A stretch of DNA of 64,000 nucleotides, taken from contig CAZLWL010000001.1 of NCBI GenBank assembly GCA_964563335.1, positions 9,946 to 73,945 on the forward strand. The letters are read 5' to 3'. The notes under the pieces were generated by a model. It was not told where the DNA came from. It did no database searches and saw only the letters and a program-made list of their open reading frames with translations. The position numbers were made by a program, and so were the translations under genes. This stretch comes from an uncultured Pirellulales bacterium. Its GTDB lineage: Bacteria; Planctomycetota; Phycisphaerae; Sedimentisphaerales; Anaerohalosphaeraceae. Positions 47,821 to 56,193 of this stretch are shown piece by piece; the first letter of the stretch is position 1; the number at the start of each line of letters is the position of its first letter.

Positions 47821-48837
47821 TCATACTTTTATGCTATGCGTTTGACGATCAACTTCTAAACCTAGATCCGCCAACATCTGCATATCTTCGGCTACGGCCC
47901 TGCCGGTGGTCGTCAGATAGTTGCCGCTCAGTATCGAAGTCGCTCCTGCATAGAACATCCAGCTTTGCAAATCCCGCAGATTCAGGACCCTGCCCCCTGC
48001 GATCTTTAGATTTGTCTTGGGCAGTATAAACCGGAAAATCGCTATAATCCTCAAAATCTGCATAGGCCTAAGCGTCTCTGCCCCGCCAAGAGGTGTTCCT
48101 TCTATTGGGTGAAGAAAATTCATCGGCACGGTATCTGCGACCAATCTTCGCAACTCAAGGGCCATATCAACACGGTCGGCTTCGGTTTCACCGATTCCGA
48201 AAATCCCCCCCGCGCATATCCACAACCCCGCTCCTTTTGCCGCCTCAATCGTCCTAATCCTGTCGGCATACTTGTGCGTGGTAACAATATTGGGAAAATG
48301 TCTCTTGGATGTCTCTAAGTTATGGTTATAGCGACTAACACCGGCGCCGGCCAAACGTTTGGCCTGCTCGGCCGTTATCATCCCCAACGAGACACACACA
48401 CCCAAGCCGTATTCATCTTTTATACGCCGAACGAGTTTTTCAATCCGTGCCAGTTCGACTTCGCTAATCGCCCGCCCGGAATACACAATCCCAAAATTCC
48501 CCACGCCGTTGCCGGAGGCCTGTGCCGCCCCAGCTAAAATTTCCTCATCACTTAAAAGTCTCGCCTTCTTTCCCACCGCCGTATCATATCGAACTGATTG
48601 CGCACAGAACGCGCAATCCTGGTCACACCCGCCGAGCCTGCCAGGCACAATCGAGCACACCTTTATCTTATCCACGAAATACTTTCGGCGTATCTTATTG
48701 GCCCAGTAAAGCAGGTCATCGTAATCACCCTCGCTTTCTTCGAGCAGACTATCAATCTCGGCCCTGTCAAGCAGCCCGCCACCCAATACACGGTTTGCAA
48801 GTAACGCTATGGTCTCATTCATATTTCTTCTTTTCAC
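47821..48837 (-). CDS. bioB: biotin synthase (radical SAM)
   Basis: It has a CDQDCAFCAQS CxxxCxxC cluster, YNHNLETS and GGIFGIGET. The start could be the internal Met at 48822. Confidence 0.9.
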   Translation of the reverse strand: MKRRNMNETIALLANRVLGGGLLDRAEIDSLLEESEGDYDDLLYWANKIRRKYFVDKIKVCSIVPGRLGGCDQDCAFCAQSVRYDTAVGKKARLLSDEEILAGAAQASGNGVGNFGIVYSGRAISEVELARIEKLVRRIKDEYGLGVCVSLGMITAEQAKRLAGAGVSRYNHNLETSKRHFPNIVTTHKYADRIRTIEAAKGAGLWICAGGIFGIGETEADRVDMALELRRLVADTVPMNFLHPIEGTPLGGAETLRPMQILRIIAIFRFILPKTNLKIAGGRVLNLRDLQSWMFYAGATSILSGNYLTTTGRAVAEDMQMLADLGLEVDRQTHSIKV

Positions 48838-50074
48838 TTACCACCTTTGCAGGGTTCATGACTCGGCCCATAAAGAGTATGCTGCCAGAACGATTGTCCC
48901 TGACCAAAAATATGAAAGGCCGGTCCGCACGAAATACCACCGGCGGGGAAGGGATGCTTGTTAACTGCATTCCCACCCCCGTAGCCGCCGCGGCCTCGGT
49001 TCCCTCCTCATCTACCGCGACAAAGGCCTTGTGAATCACATTTGAAATAAAAAGACTTTTATCGCCCGTGATACCTGAGAAATCCGCCGGAGGCAAACTG
49101 AAAGCATCGGGCATCCCCATCGCCTTAAGATGACCGGCCAATTCAAATTTTGTGCTCACTTCAAATTTCGGCAAAGCCACCACAACTTCTTGCTTGCGCA
49201 GTCCTCTCAGCCATTTTTTCAGTGTAAGCGATTTTTCCAGCTCAGCCAGTCCGCCTACTTGACGAGGCAACAGCACTACCATACTCAATTCCTGCCCTTC
49301 ATAAGGTAGGTCGAGTACCTGTAATTCGGCGCCGGCCCAGTATCCGAATCTTTCCTTTATATGCATCATTGGCACTGTAACTTGTTTGCCCCTCGTTAGC
49401 TCGAAAGGTTCATCTTCCGTCCTTTTCTTGTCAAATTGGTTGGCCCAGTTGCCTTTGAAGTATATAGCGTTGGTCAGGACCAGGCGCGTGAGTGTGCTCA
49501 GGACCCCGGGCTGAATGAGGTCCTTGATTTTGTCGCGGGTCTTTTCTTCCACCCAGGCATTGATAGTCCGGCGAGCCTTTTCAGTCCGCCCGGCAAAGTC
49601 AACTTCTTTCAGCCCCGCGCCGTAACTTTCCTCCGTCAGCCCTGAGAACTCTTTAAGGAAATTGTAGCCGGCCTGTCCCCACAACGCATTAGCGACACTA
49701 AGTTCGTATCCACCCCTTTCACCACCCTCATTCAGTTGCTTTTCCAACTCGCCGAACGACTTATGCAGCTCGGCCTGTGGCAACGTAAAATGCAGCACCT
49801 CGGCCATCTGCTTTTCGGTCAGGCCGCGGGCTCCCGCCCAGGTCATCGCCAAAGCAGTCGAAATACTGTAAGGGGAAAAGAACAGATTGCCGCCGTCCTT
49901 TTTAATCTTGGGGTCATCCTTAAGTTTCGCATAAAGGTCGAACGCAAACTCGCTATTGCCCCCGACAACGGTCTTCATGTCGTCCTGCGGCCCTTTCGTC
50001 AGGGCTTGTACCAATGGAGTCGCGCTTGAAAATATCCCAAATACAACCACGCAAAATGTAAGATATCTAATCAT
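48815..50074 (-). CDS. secreted serpin-family protease inhibitor
   Basis: 419 aa. It has a signal peptide, NLFFSPYSISTALAM, a hinge/RCL region VDEEGTEAAAATG and the C-terminal FRADRPFIFLVRD...ILFMGRV. Confidence 0.85.
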   Translation of the reverse strand: MIRYLTFCVVVFGIFSSATPLVQALTKGPQDDMKTVVGGNSEFAFDLYAKLKDDPKIKKDGGNLFFSPYSISTALAMTWAGARGLTEKQMAEVLHFTLPQAELHKSFGELEKQLNEGGERGGYELSVANALWGQAGYNFLKEFSGLTEESYGAGLKEVDFAGRTEKARRTINAWVEEKTRDKIKDLIQPGVLSTLTRLVLTNAIYFKGNWANQFDKKRTEDEPFELTRGKQVTVPMMHIKERFGYWAGAELQVLDLPYEGQELSMVVLLPRQVGGLAELEKSLTLKKWLRGLRKQEVVVALPKFEVSTKFELAGHLKAMGMPDAFSLPPADFSGITGDKSLFISNVIHKAFVAVDEEGTEAAAATGVGMQLTSIPSPPVVFRADRPFIFLVRDNRSGSILFMGRVMNPAKVVSEKKKYE

Positions 50075-50103
50075 ATACTACTTCTCCTTTCCGGCTGCCA
50101 ATT

Positions 50104-50664
50104 TTACGCCAATAACAGTTCTCTTGCCGGTATCGCAAACTCCCTGAACTTCGCCGCGGGCAGCGTAACGGTCTGCCACTTCGGGCTGCGGACCTTCATG
50201 AACTCCCTGTAGTCGTCGAGCTTGACGGCATAGAACATATACCGGTCTTGGTCGAAATCGTAAACCTCCCTGCCGTCGGCCTCAACATCAACATTCTCGA
50301 ATTCGTACGCGAAGATAAACACCGCCTCAAAACCATCCGCAAAAACCTGCTCCCACCTTATAAGCCCTCGGACATCCTCCATCGTAACCCAGCATTCCAG
50401 CCCGGCTAATGCCGCGAGACTTTTGCCCTTGAACTTTCTGCCCTTGACCTCCGCTATCACCGGACTCGAACCAGCCGGATACAACAAAAAGTCAAAGCTC
50501 TTAATCCTGCTGCGGGCGAAAATCCTCCGCTTTTGCTGGTCAACCACTACATACTGAACACGATTCTCGATAAGCCAGTTCTCGAACACCTGCTCATAAT
50601 TGGTCAGCCGGACAGCCATACGCCTAAGCCTATTGATTTTCCACCCGCTGTCAAGCCATATCAC
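50104..50664 (-). CDS. PD-(D/E)XK-fold protein, HYExAFE-family-like
   Basis: 186 aa. NYEQVFENWL resembles the family name motif, and SFDFLLY...IAEVKGRK fits a D...ExK nuclease-fold motif. Confidence 0.4.
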   Translation of the reverse strand: MIWLDSGWKINRLRRMAVRLTNYEQVFENWLIENRVQYVVVDQQKRRIFARSRIKSFDFLLYPAGSSPVIAEVKGRKFKGKSLAALAGLECWVTMEDVRGLIRWEQVFADGFEAVFIFAYEFENVDVEADGREVYDFDQDRYMFYAVKLDDYREFMKVRSPKWQTVTLPAAKFREFAIPARELLLA

Positions 50665-50860
50665 AACACACGCAATGCGAACCGATGGCCGTTATAAGCC
50701 GCATTTTACCCGGCATTTGGCCCGTTTGCTCACCCGCCAAAGAGCGGCGTATTTGTACAGGAAAACGGTCCGAATGGCCGATAAACAATAAAAGCTGCCA
50801 AAAGCTAAGAGGCACAATCAAAGTGATAGGCCAATAATAAATAAAACAGGAAACAAGCGA

Positions 50861-53299
50861 GTGGTCAAGCAGACGAATCTGTACAAAACGGCATTTGGGG
50901 TGATTGGGCTGGTAGTGTGTATGTTTGTGCTGTGCAGTTGTCTGTCGTTCAATATCGCCGACGCCCCAAGTCAATACGCCTGGCCGCACAACGAGCCGGC
51001 GGCGAACTGGTGCGGCTCAATTGGTGCATTTCTGGCATACTACTTCATGTACTACTTCGGGCCGGGTTTGTTTGTGCTGCTGATAGTTGCAGCGGCCGCG
51101 ATGGCAACTGTGCTTGCCGGTGCAAGGGTAAGTCAGCCGATACTTCGGGCGGCCGGTCTGGTGATGTTGGTTACTGCGGCTTCGAGCACCTGGAATCTAT
51201 TGTGGCCGACCCAGCCGATCTGGCCCTACACGGCGGGTAGCTTCCCTCTGGGTAACGGAGGTGTGCTTGGCATCGCCGTGGCAAACTTCCTCATGAGCCA
51301 TGTAGCCGTTCTGGGCACTTCCATAATTATCGGCTGCGGATGGACTGTCGGAGCGATACTCCTGGCGGACAGCATTGTGCTTGCTTTGGCCCGCTGGTTC
51401 GGAGCGGGCATATTAAAAACTGTGGGCCTGGCCGTACCGGCATGGTCCGCAGCCCGGCAGCATTCCAGGGCAATGGCCGAGATTTGGAAAAAGCTCAGCG
51501 AAAGACAAAAGCAGCACAAACGAAAAATTCCGCTCGTTTCACGCAGGCCGGATGCGAAATTGGAAAGGCTCGTCGAGCCTTACGAAACTATTACTCAGTA
51601 CGGCGAACACCTCCCCGACGACGAGTACACTGAACCTGGGCCTCAGACCGACCGTGCAAAGGAGGCAGAACCCGTTAAGGCGCCCCCACCCCAACCGGCA
51701 AAGGCCGCCCCTTATGTGCCGGCCAATTACGAGGATTATGAACTGCCTCCGCTGGATTTGCTCAGAGTACCGGAGTACGGCTTCGCGGCGATCCAGGAAA
51801 AGATGGTGGAGCGAAAGGCCAAGGCCCTGGAGAACCTCTTGGCGGAGTTCGGTGTGAACGCCAACGTCGTCAACGCGGAACCCGGCCCCGCAATTACAAT
51901 GTATGAACTCGAGTTGGCCCCGGGCATTAAGGTCAGCCAGATATCGAATCTTGCCAATGATATGGCCAGGGCATTGGGAGCAATATCCGTGCGGGTGGTT
52001 GCTCCCCTTGCAGGCAGACATACAATAGGTATTGAGGTCCCGAACAATCAGCGCGAGATAGTGCGGATAAAAGACCTCATCCAGCGCGCCGGCTCAAAAC
52101 CACAGCGAATGCAGATTCCGCTGTTTTTAGGCAAGAGTTCATCGGGCGAGGTCTTGACCACGAATCTTGGCTCGATGCCACATCTGCTTATCGCCGGAAC
52201 CACAGGCTCCGGCAAGAGCGTATGTATCAACAGTATCATCACAAGTGTACTTTTGACAAAGCGTCCCAACGAGGTGAAGCTGATCCTGGTCGACCCGAAG
52301 ATGGTCGAGATGACCGTGTTCGAGACTATTCCACATCTGATGTGCCCGATAGTAACCGATATCAGCCGGGCTGAGCAGATACTAAAATGGGCTACGACAA
52401 AGATGGATGAGCGTTATGAGCTGCTGGCTGAGGCTGGAGTCAGGAATATTGACTCCTACAATAAACTCGGCCCGGAAGAGATTATCCGGCGGTTCCAGCC
52501 GTCAACGCCCGAAGAAGAAGCCAAAATTCCGAAAAAAATGCCGCACATCATCATCATTATTGACGAGCTTGCAGACCTGATGATGACCGCCGCCAAGGAG
52601 ATTGAGGCCTACATCGTGCGGCTCGCACAGAAAAGCAGGGCCATTGGTATTCACCTTGTAGTGGCCACCCAAAGACCTCAGGCGACAGTTGTTACGGGGC
52701 TTATAAAGAGCAACATGCCCGCCAGGATAAGTTTCAGGGTCGCTTCGAAAATGGACAGCAGAATTATCCTGGACCAGAACGGCGGCGAGACGCTGCTGGG
52801 CGAGGGTGACATGCTGTTTCTAAGACCCGGCACCAGCGACCTTGTCCGCGCACAGGGGGCGTTTGTTGATGACGGCGAGGTGCGAAAAATAGCAAAGCAT
52901 TTGAAAACCGTTGCTCTGCCGCAGTTCCACCCTGAACTGATGCAGCTTAACAGGGTTGACACCTCCGATGCAGCTAAGGATGAATTGTTTGACGACGCGG
53001 TTCGGATGGTCCTGGAGACAAAACGCGGAAGTGTTTCGCTGCTTCAGCGCCGCCTCAGCGTAGGTTACGCCCGTGCATCGCGAATGATTGAGATGATGGC
53101 CGTGTCGGGAATTCTCGGTGAATATAAGGGCAGCCAGGCCCGCGAGGTAACGATGACATTCAAAGAATATGAGCGGATGAAAGAGCAGATGGCGGCCGAC
53201 GCTGCGGCCCATTACGCCGACCTGACAGATGAGGATATCGACGAAGAATACGCCGGCGTCACTGACTCGGCCGATGACGAAAGTGAAGAAGATTTTTAG
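50861..53299 (+). CDS. ftsK: DNA translocase FtsK
   Basis: 812 aa. It has N-terminal TM segments, a Pro-rich linker, Walker A GTTGSGKS, IIIDELADLM, the RISF region and a C-terminal gamma winged helix (SVSLLQRRLSVGYARASRMIEMM). Confidence 0.92.
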   Translation: MVKQTNLYKTAFGVIGLVVCMFVLCSCLSFNIADAPSQYAWPHNEPAANWCGSIGAFLAYYFMYYFGPGLFVLLIVAAAAMATVLAGARVSQPILRAAGLVMLVTAASSTWNLLWPTQPIWPYTAGSFPLGNGGVLGIAVANFLMSHVAVLGTSIIIGCGWTVGAILLADSIVLALARWFGAGILKTVGLAVPAWSAARQHSRAMAEIWKKLSERQKQHKRKIPLVSRRPDAKLERLVEPYETITQYGEHLPDDEYTEPGPQTDRAKEAEPVKAPPPQPAKAAPYVPANYEDYELPPLDLLRVPEYGFAAIQEKMVERKAKALENLLAEFGVNANVVNAEPGPAITMYELELAPGIKVSQISNLANDMARALGAISVRVVAPLAGRHTIGIEVPNNQREIVRIKDLIQRAGSKPQRMQIPLFLGKSSSGEVLTTNLGSMPHLLIAGTTGSGKSVCINSIITSVLLTKRPNEVKLILVDPKMVEMTVFETIPHLMCPIVTDISRAEQILKWATTKMDERYELLAEAGVRNIDSYNKLGPEEIIRRFQPSTPEEEAKIPKKMPHIIIIIDELADLMMTAAKEIEAYIVRLAQKSRAIGIHLVVATQRPQATVVTGLIKSNMPARISFRVASKMDSRIILDQNGGETLLGEGDMLFLRPGTSDLVRAQGAFVDDGEVRKIAKHLKTVALPQFHPELMQLNRVDTSDAAKDELFDDAVRMVLETKRGSVSLLQRRLSVGYARASRMIEMMAVSGILGEYKGSQAREVTMTFKEYERMKEQMAADAAAHYADLTDEDIDEEYAGVTDSADDESEEDF

Positions 53300-53413
53300 C
53301 TCCCCTCCTCCCACATTCTCCCTGACAGCAGGGCGGACACATTTCCCGCGGGTACGGTAGTTTTTTTATGGCAGCCTTTTAAACTTTCACTGGCTTGGTC
53401 TTAGTATGTAATT

Positions 53414-53558
53414 GTCATTCTGAACAACGTGCACACAAACGTTATTCTGAGTCCCGATACATCGGGACACACAAATGTCATTCTGAGCGGAACGAAGTGA
53501 AGCGAAGAATCTCCGGCTTGCAAATGGGTGAGATTCTTCGGCTACGCCTCAGAATGAC
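53414..53558. repeat. composite 'gtcattctgag' repeat / long imperfect palindrome
   Basis: Copies of gt(c/t)attctga(g) are at 53414, 53441 and 53477, with an inverted copy at 53548-53558. There is an internal hairpin tcccgat-ac-atcggga at 53452-53467. An inner inverted pair is cgaagaatctc (53503-53513) / gagattcttcg (53530-53540). Confidence 0.75.
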
Positions 53559-53756
53559 AAATGCAGCCTCAAATCCTTCCTCTGGACAGATTGCATACCC
53601 GCTGGTAATATAGCCCGTGCCGTCGAACCCACTCTAAAATCACAGGCACCGGCAGTATGGTTTTTCGGGCAATACGGTCGAAAACCGCTAAGTAATCGGA
53701 GTTTAGAGGCAAAAAAAGGATGTGAAAAGTAATACTACTCTTAGGAGAAACCGAAG

Positions 53757-54722
53757 ATGACTTTGAAAAAAAGCGTATTGATGAGTTTAGTGATTGTCTT
53801 AACACTGGGGGCAATTGTCTCGGATGTTTATTCAGCCGGGGAGAAGTTTGACTTAAAACTAAAGCTCAAAAAGGGGCAGAAGTTTGGTCTGAAGATAGTT
53901 ACCGACCAGAAGATGTCGCAGACCATGATGGACCAGCAGCAGAAAATGAATCAGATGACCGCTATTGGAATGAGCTTTGAGGTGTTGGATGTCGATGACA
54001 ACGGAAATATGTCGATAAAGACCACCTACCAGAACATTCATACCAGGATGGAAGGACCGATGGGTGTGATGGAATATGATTCCACAAAGCCTCAGCAGCC
54101 CGGAGCGGACAATCCGATGTCGGCAATGTACAAGGCTATGTTAGGCCAGAGCTTTGTAATGAAGCTCTCACCGAAGGGCCAAATACTCGAGATCAAAGGC
54201 ATGGATGAGATGATCGAAAAGATGATTGATAAAATGGCCACCGACGAGGCCATGAAGCAACAAATGAAAGAAATGATGAAGAACTTTATCAACGAAGACA
54301 AGATGAAGGAAACCAGCGGCGCCATGGTGGCGGCACTTCCCCAAAAGCCTGTAGGTATCGGCGATTCGTGGACAAACAAGATTAGTGTAGCGATAGGATT
54401 TCCAATGGAGATAGATACTACCAACACACTGACCCATCATAAAGAGGGAATTATTACCATTCAGACAAATGCCAATATCGAGACGGGTGATGATGCAAAA
54501 ACAACCGCGATGGGACCCATGAAGATGACCATGAAGATGAAGGGCGCCCAGAAAGGAACTATCCAGATAGATGCGGCAACCGGCTGGATAGTTCGCAGTA
54601 AGACGGATGTCAACTTTACCGGCGAGTTCAAAACGGAGCCTAACGAGCAGATGCCGCAGCCCATGACAATACCCATAGCACTTGAAGGTGTCACTACTGT
54701 TGAGCCGATGGCGGTAAAGTGA
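53757..54722 (+). CDS. secreted methionine-rich protein of unknown function
   Basis: 321 aa with a signal peptide (LMSLVIVLTLGAIVSDVYSA). I counted 35 Met (about 11 percent), clustered as MxxM/MxM runs (EMIEKMIDKM, QQMKEMMKNF, GPMKMTMKMKG). Confidence 0.6.
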   Translation: MTLKKSVLMSLVIVLTLGAIVSDVYSAGEKFDLKLKLKKGQKFGLKIVTDQKMSQTMMDQQQKMNQMTAIGMSFEVLDVDDNGNMSIKTTYQNIHTRMEGPMGVMEYDSTKPQQPGADNPMSAMYKAMLGQSFVMKLSPKGQILEIKGMDEMIEKMIDKMATDEAMKQQMKEMMKNFINEDKMKETSGAMVAALPQKPVGIGDSWTNKISVAIGFPMEIDTTNTLTHHKEGIITIQTNANIETGDDAKTTAMGPMKMTMKMKGAQKGTIQIDAATGWIVRSKTDVNFTGEFKTEPNEQMPQPMTIPIALEGVTTVEPMAVK

Positions 54723-54765
54723 TCGCTCGCTCTGCGAAGACGCGGTTTGAGTTTGTGGAGCCGGC

Positions 54766-55578
54766 GTGATAACTTTCATCAGACAATTGATAGCGGCGCC
54801 CTTGCGGGTTCTGCTGTGGATATGCGGCTTTGTGCCTGTGTTCGACCGCCTGCGACTGATGGAACTGATATGGGCACTTAGCACTGACCCCGCAGATGCG
54901 GTAGCCGTTTTGACCCTGACAGCGGCCGCAAAAGGTATGGACGCCGCGCGCTCTCGCGCTGAAAAGATGTTCACCGCTCGTCCTGATGCACAAATAGCGG
55001 CGACGATGGGATGGCTCCAGATTCAGCACGCCCGGAACCTCCAGGCAGCGAGCCAATGGCTGAAAAGAGCACGTCAGGCCGATTGTGAGGACGCCCCGCT
55101 GCTGGGCCTGGAATTGTTCTTAAGTGAGCACCTCCCCGAGTATGACACTGAAGAAGTCGCGGCACGGATTTTGGCACGCAACGATTTACCGATGCAGACC
55201 ACGAGGGATGCCTTGCTTACCGAGGGACGCAAGTTTCTCAAGCAGCAGCAGTGGACCGAGGCTGAGGCCGTTGCAGACAGGATTTTGGCCGTAGAGGAAA
55301 ACACCCAGGCCCGATGGATTAGATGGGTAACTGCCATTGTAAGCGGTGACGATGCTCGCGCCCAGACACAATTATCGATTGCCGGACGTAAGATGACCGA
55401 TGCCGCAATGCGCGGCTTTGTAGCGCTGGGATGGCTGTACATGGGCGACACCGAGCGCGCTACCCAGGTCCTGCAGGAAGCTCGCAGCCAGGGTGCCGGC
55501 GTCGGGCTTATCAATAAGGATTTGGACCGGTTCCTGCGAGGCAACATTCAAAAAACAGAAATTACAGAGGTTGATTAG
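54766..55578 (+). CDS. hypothetical helical-repeat (TPR-like) protein
   Basis: 270 aa with a GTG start. The N-terminus is hydrophobic, followed by Ala/Leu/Arg-rich helical repeats. The stop abuts the next start. Confidence 0.4.
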   Translation: MITFIRQLIAAPLRVLLWICGFVPVFDRLRLMELIWALSTDPADAVAVLTLTAAAKGMDAARSRAEKMFTARPDAQIAATMGWLQIQHARNLQAASQWLKRARQADCEDAPLLGLELFLSEHLPEYDTEEVAARILARNDLPMQTTRDALLTEGRKFLKQQQWTEAEAVADRILAVEENTQARWIRWVTAIVSGDDARAQTQLSIAGRKMTDAAMRGFVALGWLYMGDTERATQVLQEARSQGAGVGLINKDLDRFLRGNIQKTEITEVD

Positions 55579-56163
55579 ATGAACTTGATGACGGCTCTAT
55601 TCTTGCTTCCGGGATTGATCGTCGGCCTCACCGTTCACGAGGCCGCACATGCCCTGACCGCAAAATGGCTCGGCGACCGAACCAGCGAACGAATGGGCCG
55701 GATTAGCTTAAATCCCCTCCGGCATCTTTCACCCTTGGGAACACTTGCCCTGTTTATTATTGGCTTCGGCTGGGGAAAGCCGGTTATTGTCAACCTGTAT
55801 AACTTCAAAAGGCCCAAGCTCTATTATCTGCTCAGTTCCCTGGCGGGGCCGGCGGCTAACCTTGTCCTTTGCGGCGTCTCGCTTGGCCTGCTGTACCTGC
55901 ACCCGCACTGGTTGATACAATGGATATGCACGTCGGTCTTTTTCATTAACGCCATCTTGGCGTGCGTGAACCTTTTGCCCATACCACCGCTGGACGGCAG
56001 TAAGATTTGGCCTTGTATCATACCGCGCGCAAAGCCCGTGATTTCGGGAAAATGGACGATGGTCTGGATGGCTGTATTAGTAGTCGCCCTTTATACAGGG
56101 GCAATAGGCAAAATCCTCGGCCCCGTCCTGGGCTTCTTAACTTCCCTCCTGCCGAAAACATAA
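55579..56163 (+). CDS. site-2 protease (M50) family membrane metalloprotease
   Basis: 194 aa. It has HEAAHALTAKWLGD (HExxH) in a TM segment and NLLPIPPLDG (the second metal-ligand motif). Confidence 0.8.
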   Translation: MNLMTALFLLPGLIVGLTVHEAAHALTAKWLGDRTSERMGRISLNPLRHLSPLGTLALFIIGFGWGKPVIVNLYNFKRPKLYYLLSSLAGPAANLVLCGVSLGLLYLHPHWLIQWICTSVFFINAILACVNLLPIPPLDGSKIWPCIIPRAKPVISGKWTMVWMAVLVVALYTGAIGKILGPVLGFLTSLLPKT

Positions 56164-56193
56164 CCGCTCAACGAACAACGGATTCCAGAGGGA

